From Octopus bimaculoides (lineage: Eukaryota): a DNA stretch of 64,000 nucleotides. Below, one piece after another: positions 1 to 11,949 of this stretch. Numbering within the stretch: position 1 is the stretch's first letter; each line of letters opens with the position of its first letter. Location of the stretch: assembly GCF_001194135.2 (NCBI RefSeq), contig NC_068981.1, positions 133,623,641 to 133,687,640 on the forward strand, read 5' to 3'. The notes below the pieces were generated by a model that worked only from the letters and a program-made list of their open reading frames with translations, was not told the DNA's origin and searched no databases. The position numbers and the translations under genes were made by a program.

Positions 1-44
<44 letters not shown>
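1..44. repeat. (AT)n microsatellite
   Basis: Pure AT dinucleotide run at the window start. Confidence 0.98.
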
Positions 45-46
<2 letters not shown>

Positions 47-199
47 TATGCCATAGCAAAAATTTAGATTCAGATGAATATGGTACTTAAGTTGAGGCAC
101 CAGAATTTAGTACGGTATTATCCATACAATTTCAAAATAAGGTGATTAAAATCAAAATAAGCAACAAGGATATCCAGAGGTAATGCAGTACGATCGTTT

Positions 200-392
200 C
201 AAGCAACTCCATTTAATTGAACACTGCAATCATTACATCAAATTAAACGCAGAATAATCCTCACCTGCATAAAGACATAGAATTTAATTGAATTAAAAGA
301 GATGAACACATTAGTATAATTTTACCTAAAATCTCCAAGAAGGTAAGGAGATAGACAAAGAAATGCTGTTTTTACTTCAGCTTAGAAGCTAC
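200..392. repeat. Unclassified dispersed repeat, copy 1 (second copy 5098-5286)
   Basis: Shares 'cattagtata...acctaaaatctccaagaaggtaaggagatagacaaagaa' and flanks with 5098-5286. Confidence 0.8.
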
Positions 393-1398
393 TAAGGTAT
401 CAGGAAGAAAGACTTGTTACAGATTTTGCGTGTCACTGTTTTACGGGGTCAGTTTTAATTTATAGACTAGTTTATCAAATCTTTGTATATCTAAGGCCAA
501 AAGAACAAGGAGCAGTGCCTGTTGGGAAGGGGAATGAGGGAGTCGACAGAAATCATAGTGGGTATAGTCATAAAAAAACTATCAAGATTTATTTGAAGCA
601 ATATAATGAGATTTCCTTTACCAAATCTCATTATTTGATAAAGTAGTTTTGATTATATCGTCATTTCTGTTCCATTTGTTTCACCCGGTCGGTTTGGATG
701 ATGTGGCTGTAAAACCTGCTCTGTGTAAGCATTCGATTTGTCTGGGCACGCTTACGTTAAAAAACAATTTTAGAGTGACTTTTTTCTGTCAAAACGCTAA
801 AAATAGCTGACCAACAAAACAAAACAACCGAGACTTAACCAAATCAAAAAATAAACCCAAATACTAAGCGGTCAAAGATGAACCATCCCACTTCCATTGC
901 GCGCGTACACGCACGCACGGACATTCACATACCCCCTTTTACATACACACATATATTCACACAGAGTTAAAACGCCGTTTGATTTATTTTTCAGCGTACA
1001 CTTTTCATCATCCCCCTACCAAGTTGACATCACTCCTTCCTTCTTTATTCATCTATCACCTTTCTCATTCATAAACACAAGAGTATTATTATAGTAGGTT
1101 ATCTCGGTAACCATGGGAGATATCAAAAAATACAAAGCCCAGCATTACCACCGGATCATTCTACATATCTGTGTAATTTTTCGCGCAATTCCACTCAGCC
1201 GTTTGACCGTGAATCCCAAGACAAGAAAGAATCGCCCATGTCAAATTTATATGTATAGAGGTACATATAAACACACATGTATGTTTGTATAGAAACGTTA
1301 ATGTGTGAGTATGTGTATGTGTGTGCAAAAACGACACAGTGAAAGAAGGGAAATAGAAGTAAATAAAGTGGCTTAATAAACACCGGAAAATGTATATA

Positions 1399-1700
1399 TT
1401 TTTCTAATTAACCTCGCAATCATTTAGACTAGCTTACTCATGAAAAAGCTGTTGATTAATGTTTTATTTTTGACAGCAATTGAATTATAATCAAGATACT
1501 AATTAATAATTTATACATTCCTTCGAGTTATTACTTTTAGTTATATGAAGAAATTATTTCTTAATTTTATCATCCATATTAACTGGTAATTATTCTTCAT
1601 TAGGATAAATATAATAAGCCCCCTCACAGAGAAATCCTCAAACACATACACATAACCGCAATTATCTATACAAAATATAATTCCACTTATAATATTCATA
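1399..1700. repeat. Unclassified diverged repeat, copy 1 (second copy ~4279-4600)
   Basis: Colinear blocks 'ttttctaattaacct.gcaat', 'ttgacag...gaatt.taatcaa.ata.taattaataat', 'aaattatttc.taat..t.tcat' in both copies. Confidence 0.65.
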
Positions 1701-1831
1701 AATTTACATGTATGTATATATACATGTGTACGCACGTGTTTGTGTGTCTATGTGTTCGTGACTGTGTGCTTGTATGTTGATGTTAACAATCGGAGGCAAG
1801 TTTTCGATCCTATGGTAGAGTATAGCAATGA

Positions 1832-2043
1832 TCTTAAATTTTGGCACATGGCCAGCAATATCTGAAGAAGGGTTAAGTCGATTACATTGATCCCAATGAT
1901 CAACTGGGATTTTTTTTATTGATCCCGAAAGGATGGAAAGCAAAGTCGGCCTTGGAAGAATATGAACTCGGAATGTAAAGACAGACGAAATGCCGCTGAA
2001 CATTTCACCCAATGTGCTCATGATTCTGCCAGTTTGCCACCTC
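1832..2043 (-). mobile_element. tRNA-derived SINE, family A
   Basis: On the minus strand: A-box-like TGGCAGAATC and B-box-like GAGTTCATATTC; body 'cctttcgggatc...ccagttgatcattggg...tggccatgtgccaaaattt' shared with about 14 other copies in the window. Confidence 0.9.
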
Positions 2044-2820
2044 AGGAAAGTATAACGATTTGTTGAACGTCTTACTGTAGATGGAGAGAAGTGTATGCTT
2101 CTCTCCAGCTATTTACATCATAATAGAAGCAGGAGAAAGCCATAAATTGGCGAGAAAAAAAGACAAGGAAAAACGTCCCGTAGAGTTCTGGCGGTATGGT
2201 ATGTTCTTAGCAGATGACCATCCAATAACACATTCCCATTTATCAGCTGCACATTGTTCAACTAATGTACTTATTCCATTTCCTTAACGCTAACTTTTTC
2301 ATGAACTTCAGCAAATGAGAAGCACTCGAACATTAAAGGAGCAGAAAGTGCTAAGCTGAATAATAGCGAAAAGATATAATCACCCACTTGTTGTAAAAGT
2401 GTTTCATGCCATTAAGTTTACAAAAGCGTTTTATTCGAAAGACGAAGAAACTACAAAGATGCATGAAATAAAAACCTTATTCCTTCAACAAAGTTACGTC
2501 CAGTTTATCCGCAGATAGAAGTCCGTTCACAAGGCAAAGACATAAATAACTTTTTAACTGATTTTGTCATCATAAAAAAGTAAAACTTAATAAGCATGCA
2601 GTCACTCTTCATTTGTTTCTGCACAGCATACGAGTTTAAGTTGCCAAAAACACTGTTTTGATCGTATTCCACGCAATGAAGCGCCCATACACGGCTGTTG
2701 CTGAGAAATATTCAACTACATAGTAACTATAAAGAACAATCTTGTATAATGATATTTGAATATAAACTCAGCAATACATATATATATGTATATATATATA
2801 TATATACGAATATATTTTGT

Positions 2821-3208
2821 GGGACTCCGTCGGTTGCGACGACGAGGGTTCCAGTTGATCCGATCAACGGAACGGCTTGCTCGTGAAATTAACGCGCAAG
2901 TGACTGAGCACTCCACAGACGCGTGTACCCTTAACGTAGTTCTCGGGGATATTCAGCGTGACACAGAGTGTGACAAGGCTAGCCCTTTGAAATACAAGAA
3001 CAACAGAAACAGGAAGAAAGAGTGAGAGAAAGCTGTGATTAAAGAGTACAGTAGGGTTCGCCACCACCACCACCACCCCCTGCCGAAACCTCGTGGAGCT
3101 TTAGATGTTTTTGCTCAATGAACACTCACAACGCCCGGTCTGGGAATCGAAACAGCAATCCTACGACTGCGAGTCCACTGCTCTAACCACTAGGCCATTG
3201 CGCCTCCA
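2821..3208 (-). mobile_element. tRNA-derived SINE, family B, with ~20-bp target-site duplication
   Basis: Head GGAGGCGCAATGGCCTAGTGGTTAGAGC...GTTTCGATTCCC; 3' tail shared with copies at 47324, 61514 and 62988; TGAATATAAACTCAGCAATA at 2757-2776 and 3213-3232. Confidence 0.92.
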
Positions 3209-3505
3209 CATATGAATATAAACTCAGCAATATATATGAATATAAACTCAGCAACTTAAAGCTGGTGTGCGGTGCAGAAACAAATGTTGTGATCTACTAT
3301 TAATGTCTGACATCTGCCATTGTCGTGTTATATTATTCTTATATTAATTATATGCATAGAGGAGTTACACATGTATATCTAGCCCCGGAAAATACCCCAC
3401 TGTAGAACAGCGAACATGTAGAACATGTAGAACAACATGTAGTAGCCAAAAAATGGCATAAGATCTCTCAAATTCACATTACGTGGCTTTTACCCGAATT
3501 ATACC

Positions 3506-3730
<225 letters not shown>

Positions 3731-3746
3731 GAGATAGAAACAGATA

Positions 3747-4068
3747 CGCAGGTGTAGGTGTGAAATAAGACGTATGCTTCTGAGTTCAATCCCACAGTGT
3801 GGCACCTTGGGTAAACGTCTTCTACTATTACCTCGGACCGACCAAAACTTTTTGAGTAGATTTGTCATGTGGAAACAGAAAGAAACCCGTCACATGTATG
3901 TGTGCGTTTGTCCCCAAACCGGTGTTTATCTATTCGGCAAAAGAAATTGATACAATAAGTTCCAAACTTTAAAAGAATAAGTACTGGGAGCGATTCGTTT
4001 GACTAAAACTCTCCGGGGCGGTGCCCTAGCATGGCCGCAGTCTAATGTCTGAAAAAAGTAAAGGATGA
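3747..4068 (+). mobile_element. tRNA-derived SINE, family C
   Basis: 'gagttcaatcccacagtgtggcaccttgggtaaacgtcttctactatt...gaccaaa', internal GT repeat and tail 'cagcatggccgcag' match copies at 33515, 36716, 44893 and 53146. Confidence 0.88.
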
Positions 4069-4078
4069 AAATATAGAT

Positions 4079-4215
4079 ATAGGTGGGGGTGCGTGCCCAT
4101 GTGTGTGTATGGGTGTGTGTATGTGTGTGTTTGTGTGCACGTTTGTATGTATTTACGAATTCATAGATATGAGCATAAAAATAAATAGAGAGAGGGAAAG
4201 ACAAAAAATACGGAA
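4079..4215. repeat. Local duplicated segment, copy 1 (second copy 5721-5840)
   Basis: Exact ATAGGTGGGGTGCGTGCCCATGTGT start, then shared 'ttcatagatatgag.ataaaaa...aaag.caaaaaatacg'. Confidence 0.85.
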
Positions 4216-4278
4216 GAAAAAGAAAGAAAGACAACAGACAGTGAAGGTTGTCGAGTTAATGCTAGAAAATAAATAATT

Positions 4279-4600
4279 TTTTTCTAATTAACCTTGCAAT
4301 TAGCTAGCCTTACTTACGCATTACAAAATTATTGATGTGTGTTTCCTTCTTGACAGTTGATCGAATTCTAATCAATATATTAATTAATAATTAATATATT
4401 CTTTCGGTTAACACAATTATTCGTCTAAACAAATTATTTCATAATCTTGTCATAGCAATGAATAGGTAATTAATTATCGTTGAGATAAATAGATTGACCC
4501 ACACACATTGAAATCTTCGAGCATGTACGCACGATCGCAAATATATACAGTTGAATATATACAGACTAATTACTATCGCTACTTATTCCTGATCTTGTAA
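4279..4600. repeat. Unclassified diverged repeat, copy 2 (see 1399-1700)
   Basis: Colinear similarity with 1399-1700. Confidence 0.65.
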
Positions 4601-4704
4601 TTGCATGTATTTTAATATAGAAAGAGATACAGACAGACACACAAGTGATCTCTCTCTTTCTTTCTCGCTTTCTCCCTCTCTCTCTAAATATATATATGTA
4701 CTAC

Positions 4705-4738
<34 letters not shown>

Positions 4739-5097
4739 NNNNNNNNNNNNNNNNNNNNNNNNNNNNNNNNNNNNNNNNNNNNNNNNNNNNNNNNNNNNNN
4801 NNNNNNNNNNNNNNNNNNNNNNNNNNNNNNNNNNNNNNNNNNNNNNNNNNNNNNNNNNNNNNNNNNNNNNNNNNNNNNNNNNNNNNNNNNNNNNNNNNNN
4901 NNNNNNNNNNNNNNNNNNNNNNNNNNNNNNNNNNNNNNNNNNNNNNNNNNNNNNNNNNNNNNNNNNNNNNNNNNNNNNNNNNNNNNNNNNNNNNNNNNNN
5001 NNNNNNNNNNNNNNNNNNNNNNNNNNNNNNNNNNNNNNNNNNNNNNNNNNNNNNNNNNNNNNNNNNNNNNNNNNNNNNNNNNNNNNNNNNNNNNNNN

Positions 5098-5284
5098 CAA
5101 CTTCTTTAAATTGAACAATTCCATCATTACATCAATTTAAAATGCAGAGCAATCCTCAGCTGCACAAGACATAGAATTTAATTAAATTAGAAAACATGGA
5201 CACATTAGTATAATTATACCTAAAATCTCCAAGAAGGTAAGGAGATAGACAAAGAACATGCTGCGTTTACTCCAGCATGGAAGC

Positions 5285-5286
<2 letters not shown>
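5098..5286. repeat. Unclassified dispersed repeat, copy 2 (see 200-392)
   Basis: High similarity to 200-392; left end lost in the 4739-5097 gap. Confidence 0.8.
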
Positions 5287-5365
<79 letters not shown>

Positions 5366-5720
5366 TATACATACATACATACATACATGCATACATACAT
5401 ACATATATATGAATATAGATGCATATATGAAAAAAAAGACAAGTAACATAGAGAACGACGTTCTTGTTTTCTATTTGTTTCTCGTTGTTTGCGTGCCCAA
5501 CTTTATTTTCGAATTTCATGTTTACGTTTTCTGACGTCCTGTACCCATATACGCATATCTATATACATATATATATATTTATGTACATATACGTATGTAT
5601 TTATGTATATATATATATATATAATCATTATTATTATTATATCATATTATATATATATATGTATCTATACATATATATATATATATGGATAGAGAGAGAG
5701 AGAGAGAGAAAGAGAGAGAA

Positions 5721-5840
5721 ATAGGTGGGGTGCGTGCCCATGTGTATGTGTGTGTGTGTTTTTGTGTGCACTTTGCACGTATATATTCATAGATATGAGA
5801 ATAAAAACAGACAGAGAGAAAGGCAAAAAATACGAAAGAA
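5721..5840. repeat. Local duplicated segment, copy 2 (see 4079-4215)
   Basis: Direct repeat of 4079-4215. Confidence 0.85.
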
Positions 5841-6246
5841 CATGAACTTTATTCTTAATAGATGCCTATTAATTTAAAGAAATTTCGTTTCCCCAAATTA
5901 CTAAGTACAGAACCAGCATTTACTTGGATGTAACCATCCCTTTTCGAAGTTAACTTATCCTCTAAGCAACTTTTATAGATATATTGTGATACAATATAAA
6001 ATACATATATACATACATATATATATATATATATANNNNNNNNNNNNNNNNNNNNNNNNNNNNNNNNNNNNNNNNNNNNNNNNNNNNNNNNNNNNNNNNN
6101 NNNNNNNNNNNNNNNNNNNNNNNNNNNNNNNNNNNNNNNNNNNNNNNNNNNNNNNNNNNNNNNNNNNNNNNNNNNNNNNNNNNNNNNNNNNNNNNNNNNN
6201 NNNNNNNNNNNNNNNNNNNNNNNNNNNNNNNNNNNNNNNNNNNNNN

Positions 6247-6297
6247 TAGATAGATAGATAGATAGATAGATAGGAAGATAGATAGATAGGCAGACAT

Positions 6298-6352
<55 letters not shown>

Positions 6353-6455
6353 TACAAACGTTCATACATGCATGCGTACATACATACATGCATGCGTACA
6401 TACATGCATACATACACACATACATACATACATACATACATACATACATACACAC
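6247..6455. repeat. (GATA)n-(CATA)n microsatellite
   Basis: Read directly. Confidence 0.97.
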
Positions 6456-7064
6456 GTATGATGAAAGATAAAAGGTAAAAGATAAAGATACCTTTGTGGT
6501 GGATCTGCAGATTGGTAAAAGTCGTTGGTTTGGTGTAACCTTTAAACCAAATGGATAATTGATACAAATGGAACATATAGACAAAGGAAACCTGTAGGTA
6601 ACTCCATAATGTGGGTTTAAATTAAGTTTAAAATAACATGGTGATTTAAAGACTTCTATTGGTATTCTGAAAGCAATGTGTTGTTACAAAAAATGTATGA
6701 AGCCTAATGTGTACAGAACATTATGAGTTGTTAAGTACATTGACAACAAAAAGTATCTGATAATTTTTTTTAAAGTCTATATGGTTAAGGCTGAAGCGTT
6801 AAGGTGAAAAAAATGTGTGAACAAAGAATATCGTTAAATGAAAAAATATAAAAGTGTTGGGAGGAAAAGTGTAAAATGTTTAGTTAGTGTAATTAAAGAT
6901 CCTGTATAAGTGATGTAGTAGTTGCGTAACTGTTTCCGATTACGGAGATTAGTGGGTAAAGTTCTTGTCATCTTCGGGGTAAATTTCATTTTTTGCTGAA
7001 GAGATGGGATTTTGAGAACCTGAGATTGCATGAAGAATCATTTTCCTTTTTTTTTTACTTATAT

Positions 7065-7905
7065 ACAGTATACAACTACTAACTGGAGGTAGTCCGTGAA
7101 ATTATCTACCTCGGCTCTACCATCACTGATAACCTCTCCTTAGACACTGAGATCAACAGACGAGTTGAACGAGCATCCTCTACATTTTCCAGGCTCGCAA
7201 AGAAAATCTGGGAATACGGAAAACTGGCTGTAAATGCCAAGATTGCTGTCTAAAAGGCGTGCGTCCACAGCACACTACTTTATGCGAAGCGAGACATGGA
7301 GCTTCTACTCCAGACAGGAACGGCATCTCAACGTCTTCTACCTTCGTAGTCTGACACGATTTTTGGATATCAAGTAGGCCGACCGAGTCACCGACACTCA
7401 AATCCTCAAACATGCCGAGACACCCAGCGTGTTCACCGTGTTCCAGCAGCGCCGTCTGCACTGGCTCGGTTATGTATATCGCATGCAAGACGGGATGATC
7501 CCAAAAGACCTCCTGTATGGGGAATTGGCCACCGGCAGAAGAGCACGAGGACGATTTCATCTTCGTTTCAAGGACGTCTACATGAGAGATACGAAGTCAA
7601 TAGATCTGGATTCCTGAGATGGGAGGAGATCGCAAATGATTGCCAATGCTCGAGATAAATAAAATACTACGCAAGGAGATGGAACGAAGGGAATAGAAAC
7701 TGAACTTGCCACCAAAGAAAAACACGCTCAAAGAAAGAAAAAGTCAGTAGCGCCAGAAGAGAGATTCTTCAAGTGGAGTGTGTATGCGAGACTGCCACTC
7801 CCATGTGGGTCTCTACAGCCATAGCAGACACTGCACCACCACAGCTGATACAAATTCTCCAAGCGCAGATCCATGGTCTCTCGAGCTGATGGATGCTTAT
7901 CAATG
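7065..7905 (+). mobile_element. RTE-clade LINE, 5'-truncated 3' end (decayed RT thumb and C-terminal domain)
   Basis: Translates to LEVVREIIYLGSTITDNLSLDTEINRR...SETW...QRRLHWLGYVYRMQDGMIPKDLLYGELATGRRARGRFHLRFKD and a terminal C/H motif (DCHSHVGLYSHSRHC); stops and frameshifts present. Confidence 0.92.
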
Positions 7906-7957
7906 TAATAGATTATTCTTATGATTAGAAAGCCAAGGCTTTCGCTTGGGCATTAAT

Positions 7958-8176
7958 ATCGGTTTCATTTTTTGGCATAATTCAGTGAGTTCGAGGGAAT
8001 GGGGTTTGTTGATTACATCGACCCCAGTGATCAACTGGTACTTATTTTCTCGACCCCGAAAGGATGAAATGTAAAGTCGACTTCGGCAGAATTTGAACTC
8101 AAAGTGTAAAAAGGGACGAAAAGGTGCTAAACAATTTTCCCCGCGTGCTAACGATTCTGTCAGCTTCCTCGCCTTA
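7958..8176 (-). mobile_element. SINE family A
   Basis: Full A-box/B-box head and body; an extra head fragment follows at ~8278-8320. Confidence 0.9.
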
Positions 8177-8836
8177 TAACACTGAAGTCATAAACTAAGC
8201 CCAAATAAGAAAATATGAAAACTCATTAATTAAAAAGATTAATTCTACTATAATTCTGTTTAATATACAAATAAGCATTTTCCCTGCATGCTAACGATTC
8301 GGCAAGCTGACCGCCTTATACAAGTGTCATTAGAATAGAAAACGAATATGAACTATAATGAAGCTGCACATGCAAACGTCACAAAAGAAAACGCTGGTTG
8401 AAATGGTATAAGTAGAGGAGTACAGGATGACTTATGGACATCTGAAACAATGGAAGAAAAGAAATAAATGCAAGAATAAATATCAAGATATATAAGTCTC
8501 TGAATCTAGAAAACTAAGATCCAATTGTCTGGATAATCAGCGTCAAAAACAAATTGAAAAACTTAAATCCTGAGAAAAATATGACAAACTATATTAGATC
8601 AGAAGCAACAAATTCATGTGTAAACTAAGTGATAATATTAGGAACAAAATGGAAATATATTTTTATAAACAGCATGTATCTATAGACTGGAAACATAGAA
8701 TAATTACACGGTGCTGAAAACATAATGCCTATACCATTTTTCAAAACTGGTAATGGAAACAAATCTGATTTTTTTTAAAAAAGCAACAAGAGCACTCAGA
8801 GAGCGCAAACCTCCGTCAAGGCAACACCAACGTCCT

Positions 8837-10689
8837 GGTTTCTTTTATTAGGCACAAGCCATCTATAAAGATGGGACAACACCAAAACAGACAAAACAAT
8901 ACAATAGGGTACGTAAAAACACATATCGTATGAAATTATGGATACAATGAAAAATGAGGATGGAATTACTTACCTGCCCCCCCCCCCCATAAGCAGGCAG
9001 TTTCATTTTACGGTTTTTAAATAAAGTTTTACTAACAGTACAATATCCTGCCTTGTATCTGTTGGTTTTACCTTTTCTTCTTTTTTTCTTTTTTAAATTC
9101 ACACAAAGTCACTATTTACACCATATAATCCAATAAATCTTCGAATTCCAACACCGGCGGCAACTCACCGAAACGAAACTGTACCATTGTCACTTCTATC
9201 TTTTCCCCAAACAATTCCTTCAACCTTTCTCCTCTTTCTCTTTCCATCAGAACAGCTTTCACACCTTCATTGTACTCTGTGGGTGCCAATTTAATACTAA
9301 TTACGTTCTTCATCTTCGCGATCTTTTTTTTTTTTTCTATCTCTACACTTTTGTGTATTGTATCATAGTTCTTATATTTTTCCCTTTTGGTGTCACTCTG
9401 TTTTCCTTCACCAATCTCTTCTGTTGTTGCTGGTATTCCTATCTCTGTATGTCTCTCATTCTTTGCTGCTATCATCTCTCTTTCGTTTTCCTTTTTCTTC
9501 TGTACTTTCTCCTCCTTCCTAGATGTTGGTAACGGTCTCTGCTTTCGCTCCTCGACTTTGCCACTTACATTTGTTGACCTTTCACTTTTTCTCTGCTCGT
9601 TCGCTTTTCCTTGTTTTCCACTCTGCGTCTCCTCTCCACTTCCCTTTCTTTTCTTCGTTGGACATTTTAGTGGTGAGTCCGTGTTACTTTACTTCCTCTT
9701 CACCACTGTATACTATTCTTCCATTTTTTGCTCCTCTACGGTTGAACCCTCTTCTTCTTGATGTTCTTTCTCTATCCCCCTCCTCTTCGTGTTTCTGGGG
9801 ACACTTAGCTTTCATGTGCCCCTTTACTCCACATTGATAGCATACGGGAGGTCTTTCTTCCACTACAACTCTCAGCCTCGTCCGGCAATACAAATTCCTC
9901 TGCAATTTTGTGGAGATCTGGTGAACTGATGTGAACCGATACCTCCAGTCCGAGTCCCCTTAGTTCACCTCCGTAGTTCTTGTAATTTTCAGTATTTTGG
10001 TGTCCTATTCTGTATTATAGAGGATGCCTGCCAGTAGCCATGCCTCATCAACTTCTGGGGGCGCCCTACCAATCCTCACTCTGGCCGCACGTTTGCCACA
10101 GTAGGTTGGTAGTAGCACCCACTCAGTTGATCTCAAAGGCACAGTGGAGTATTTTATCGCTTCTTCTTCGCTTGCGAAGCGCACCTCCACTGTGCCGTAT
10201 TTCTTTCCTCTGGCGTAGTACGTCGTTAGATCTCTGACTTTTCTCAATCATTCTTCTGCTATTTCCACTCTTTTTGTTGCAATAGACAGCGTTCTGTATA
10301 TTATTGTCTTTCTCTCTGTTTTTTCTATAACTTCCTTACGTGGCGTCAGCCTCAGGTTGTCTCCTTCCTTTCTCAACAGTTCATTGAGCTTCTTGAAATT
10401 CGTTTTATTCAATTGAACTTTTCTAACTTTCAAAACAACCGCGGTTAGGCTTTTCCCAGTCACTACAGCGTAACCGCCTGCTGGTACTGGTTGACTTTCC
10501 ATAATAGTATCCACAACTTCACCCATAAATGGGGAAGAAAAATATAAACTCAGGTAACAATAAATTTAACAATTCACCACTACAACAATTAGGTGCGGTA
10601 GACCTTCAACAATTTAACAATAACAAGACTCACATGGAGCGAACACACATCAAATGCAACAGGGAATCAAATGACTCGACACAACACTT
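8837..10689 (-). mobile_element. ORF1-only non-LTR retroelement (HAL1-like; L1/Tx1-type ORF1), 1853 bp, 7-bp TSD ACGTCCT
   Basis: TSD at 8830-8836 and 10690-10696; TG-rich 5' UTR; disrupted ORF1; short 3' UTR ending AATAAAAGAAACC; no RT or endonuclease motif between the TSDs. Confidence 0.8.
9116..10526 (-). pseudogene. Disrupted gag-like ORF1 (RRM-like domain + CCHC zinc knuckle + charged C-terminus), ~470 codons
   Basis: ORF-track pieces 10248-10526, 10005-10247, 9684-9905 and 9116-9475 are colinear; RNP-like RGKKYGTVEVRF; knuckle CYQCGVKGHMKAKC; homologous to 27005-27847. Confidence 0.88.
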
Positions 10690-11380
10690 ACGTCCTCTCA
10701 GCGATTAGCCAGAGATGATTTTTTTAAATGAGAATATCTGAAATAAGTTCGACTGCTCTCACAAACGAGAATACTAAAAATGAACTCGACCGCTCTCAAA
10801 AGTTAAGTTTTAAAAAAACGGAAAAATAATCCAGAATCCTTATCCAGTACCTGATCGATCCCAGTGGTAGTCAGGGAATGTGAAGGTGGCTGTAGAAACT
10901 TTAGTAAGAGTAATAAATAGTTTATCCAAAGTTAACAAATTCACCATTCAAAATAGTTTCAAAGGCAGAGGTAACAATAATAAGTTCTACTCAGGAATTT
11001 TTAAATGAATAGTATGTGACTTTTTGGTTCTCTCTTTTCTTAAATTCCGGCCTTCCTTTAGTATTCCTGTTATTTTAGATCGATGTATAGATGTATGTAT
11101 ACATGTAAGTATACTGTAAAGTGTCAACATGTATGTATAAAATATAATATATATATTATAAAAATATGTCTTTGCTATTTAATTTCTGAACAGTTTTGCT
11201 GCCGTTTGTTTATGTAGTTTGATTTTTTTTATCCATCAGTTTCTACTAAGATAGAGATGCGAGTAAAATTGATAATAGAAAAATGAAAATAAGACTTTGG
11301 AAACGGTCTAAAGGGAGATAATTGAGAAAGACTTGAAAGTCAACGTAAGATCGTAATCATGTAAAGTAAAGTAAATATAA

Positions 11381-11552
11381 CAAATAATTCAGAAACCTTG
11401 TCCGGTTCGCAATCGATTCCAAAATCTAATCAGTTGATACCAGTCATGAGACCAAGCATCCCTGAAAGTTTCATCCAAATCCATCCTGCGGTTCTTGAGA
11501 TATCTTGACCACGGACAGACAAACAAACAAACACGACTGAAAATAATACCAC
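11381..11552 (+). mobile_element. HINE-like element 3' segment
   Basis: 'aaataattcagaaaccttgtccgg...atcgattccaaaatctaatc' matches 26850-26893; ends 'caaacaaacaaacacgactgaaataatac' as at 28940-28969. Confidence 0.75.
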
Positions 11553-11949
11553 TGGAGTTAATGAAATGCCAGTAGGAACATTAGACGAATCAAGTAACTG
11601 CAACCTGCCTTAAAGCAGTTAGTGTAATGTAATAGATTGGGTACATACTAACTGATGTAAATTAATTTGTCTTTATTCCATAACCAAAAATCTAAACGCT
11701 TAACATTTTATAGGATTGAAAACCATAAGCTAAATTAGTCATGTGTCTAAACAACTACAACAACAAAAAATATATCAAGAACAAATAGAAAAATAAATCA
11801 ATCGCAGAATGGTTTGAGGCCAGGCATGTTAATTTGTGAAGAATTGTTTGACTTCAGGGACCTTTTGCTAAAGATCCCAAAGCATAAATCAAGCATTTTA
11901 CGTTTGCTTAATACACTGTAAGATAAAGTTGGTTAAATTTCTATAAGAA

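Larger units (their letters stand above)
8788..10862 (+). mobile_element. Helentron-associated (DINE-1/HINE-like) non-autonomous element, copy 1, interrupted by the 8837-10689 insertion
   Basis: 8788-8836 joined to 10697-10862 reconstitutes the uninterrupted sequence at 26677-26880. Subterminal motif ACCTCCGTCAAGG. Family assignment rests on architecture (subterminal IR, 3' hairpin, internal CAAA repeat). Confidence 0.75.

Noticed and set aside
9387-9837. Plus-strand ORFs of 124 and 104 aa (also 27187-27702 on the minus strand)
   Set aside because: Antisense shadows of the purine-rich ORF1 sequences.
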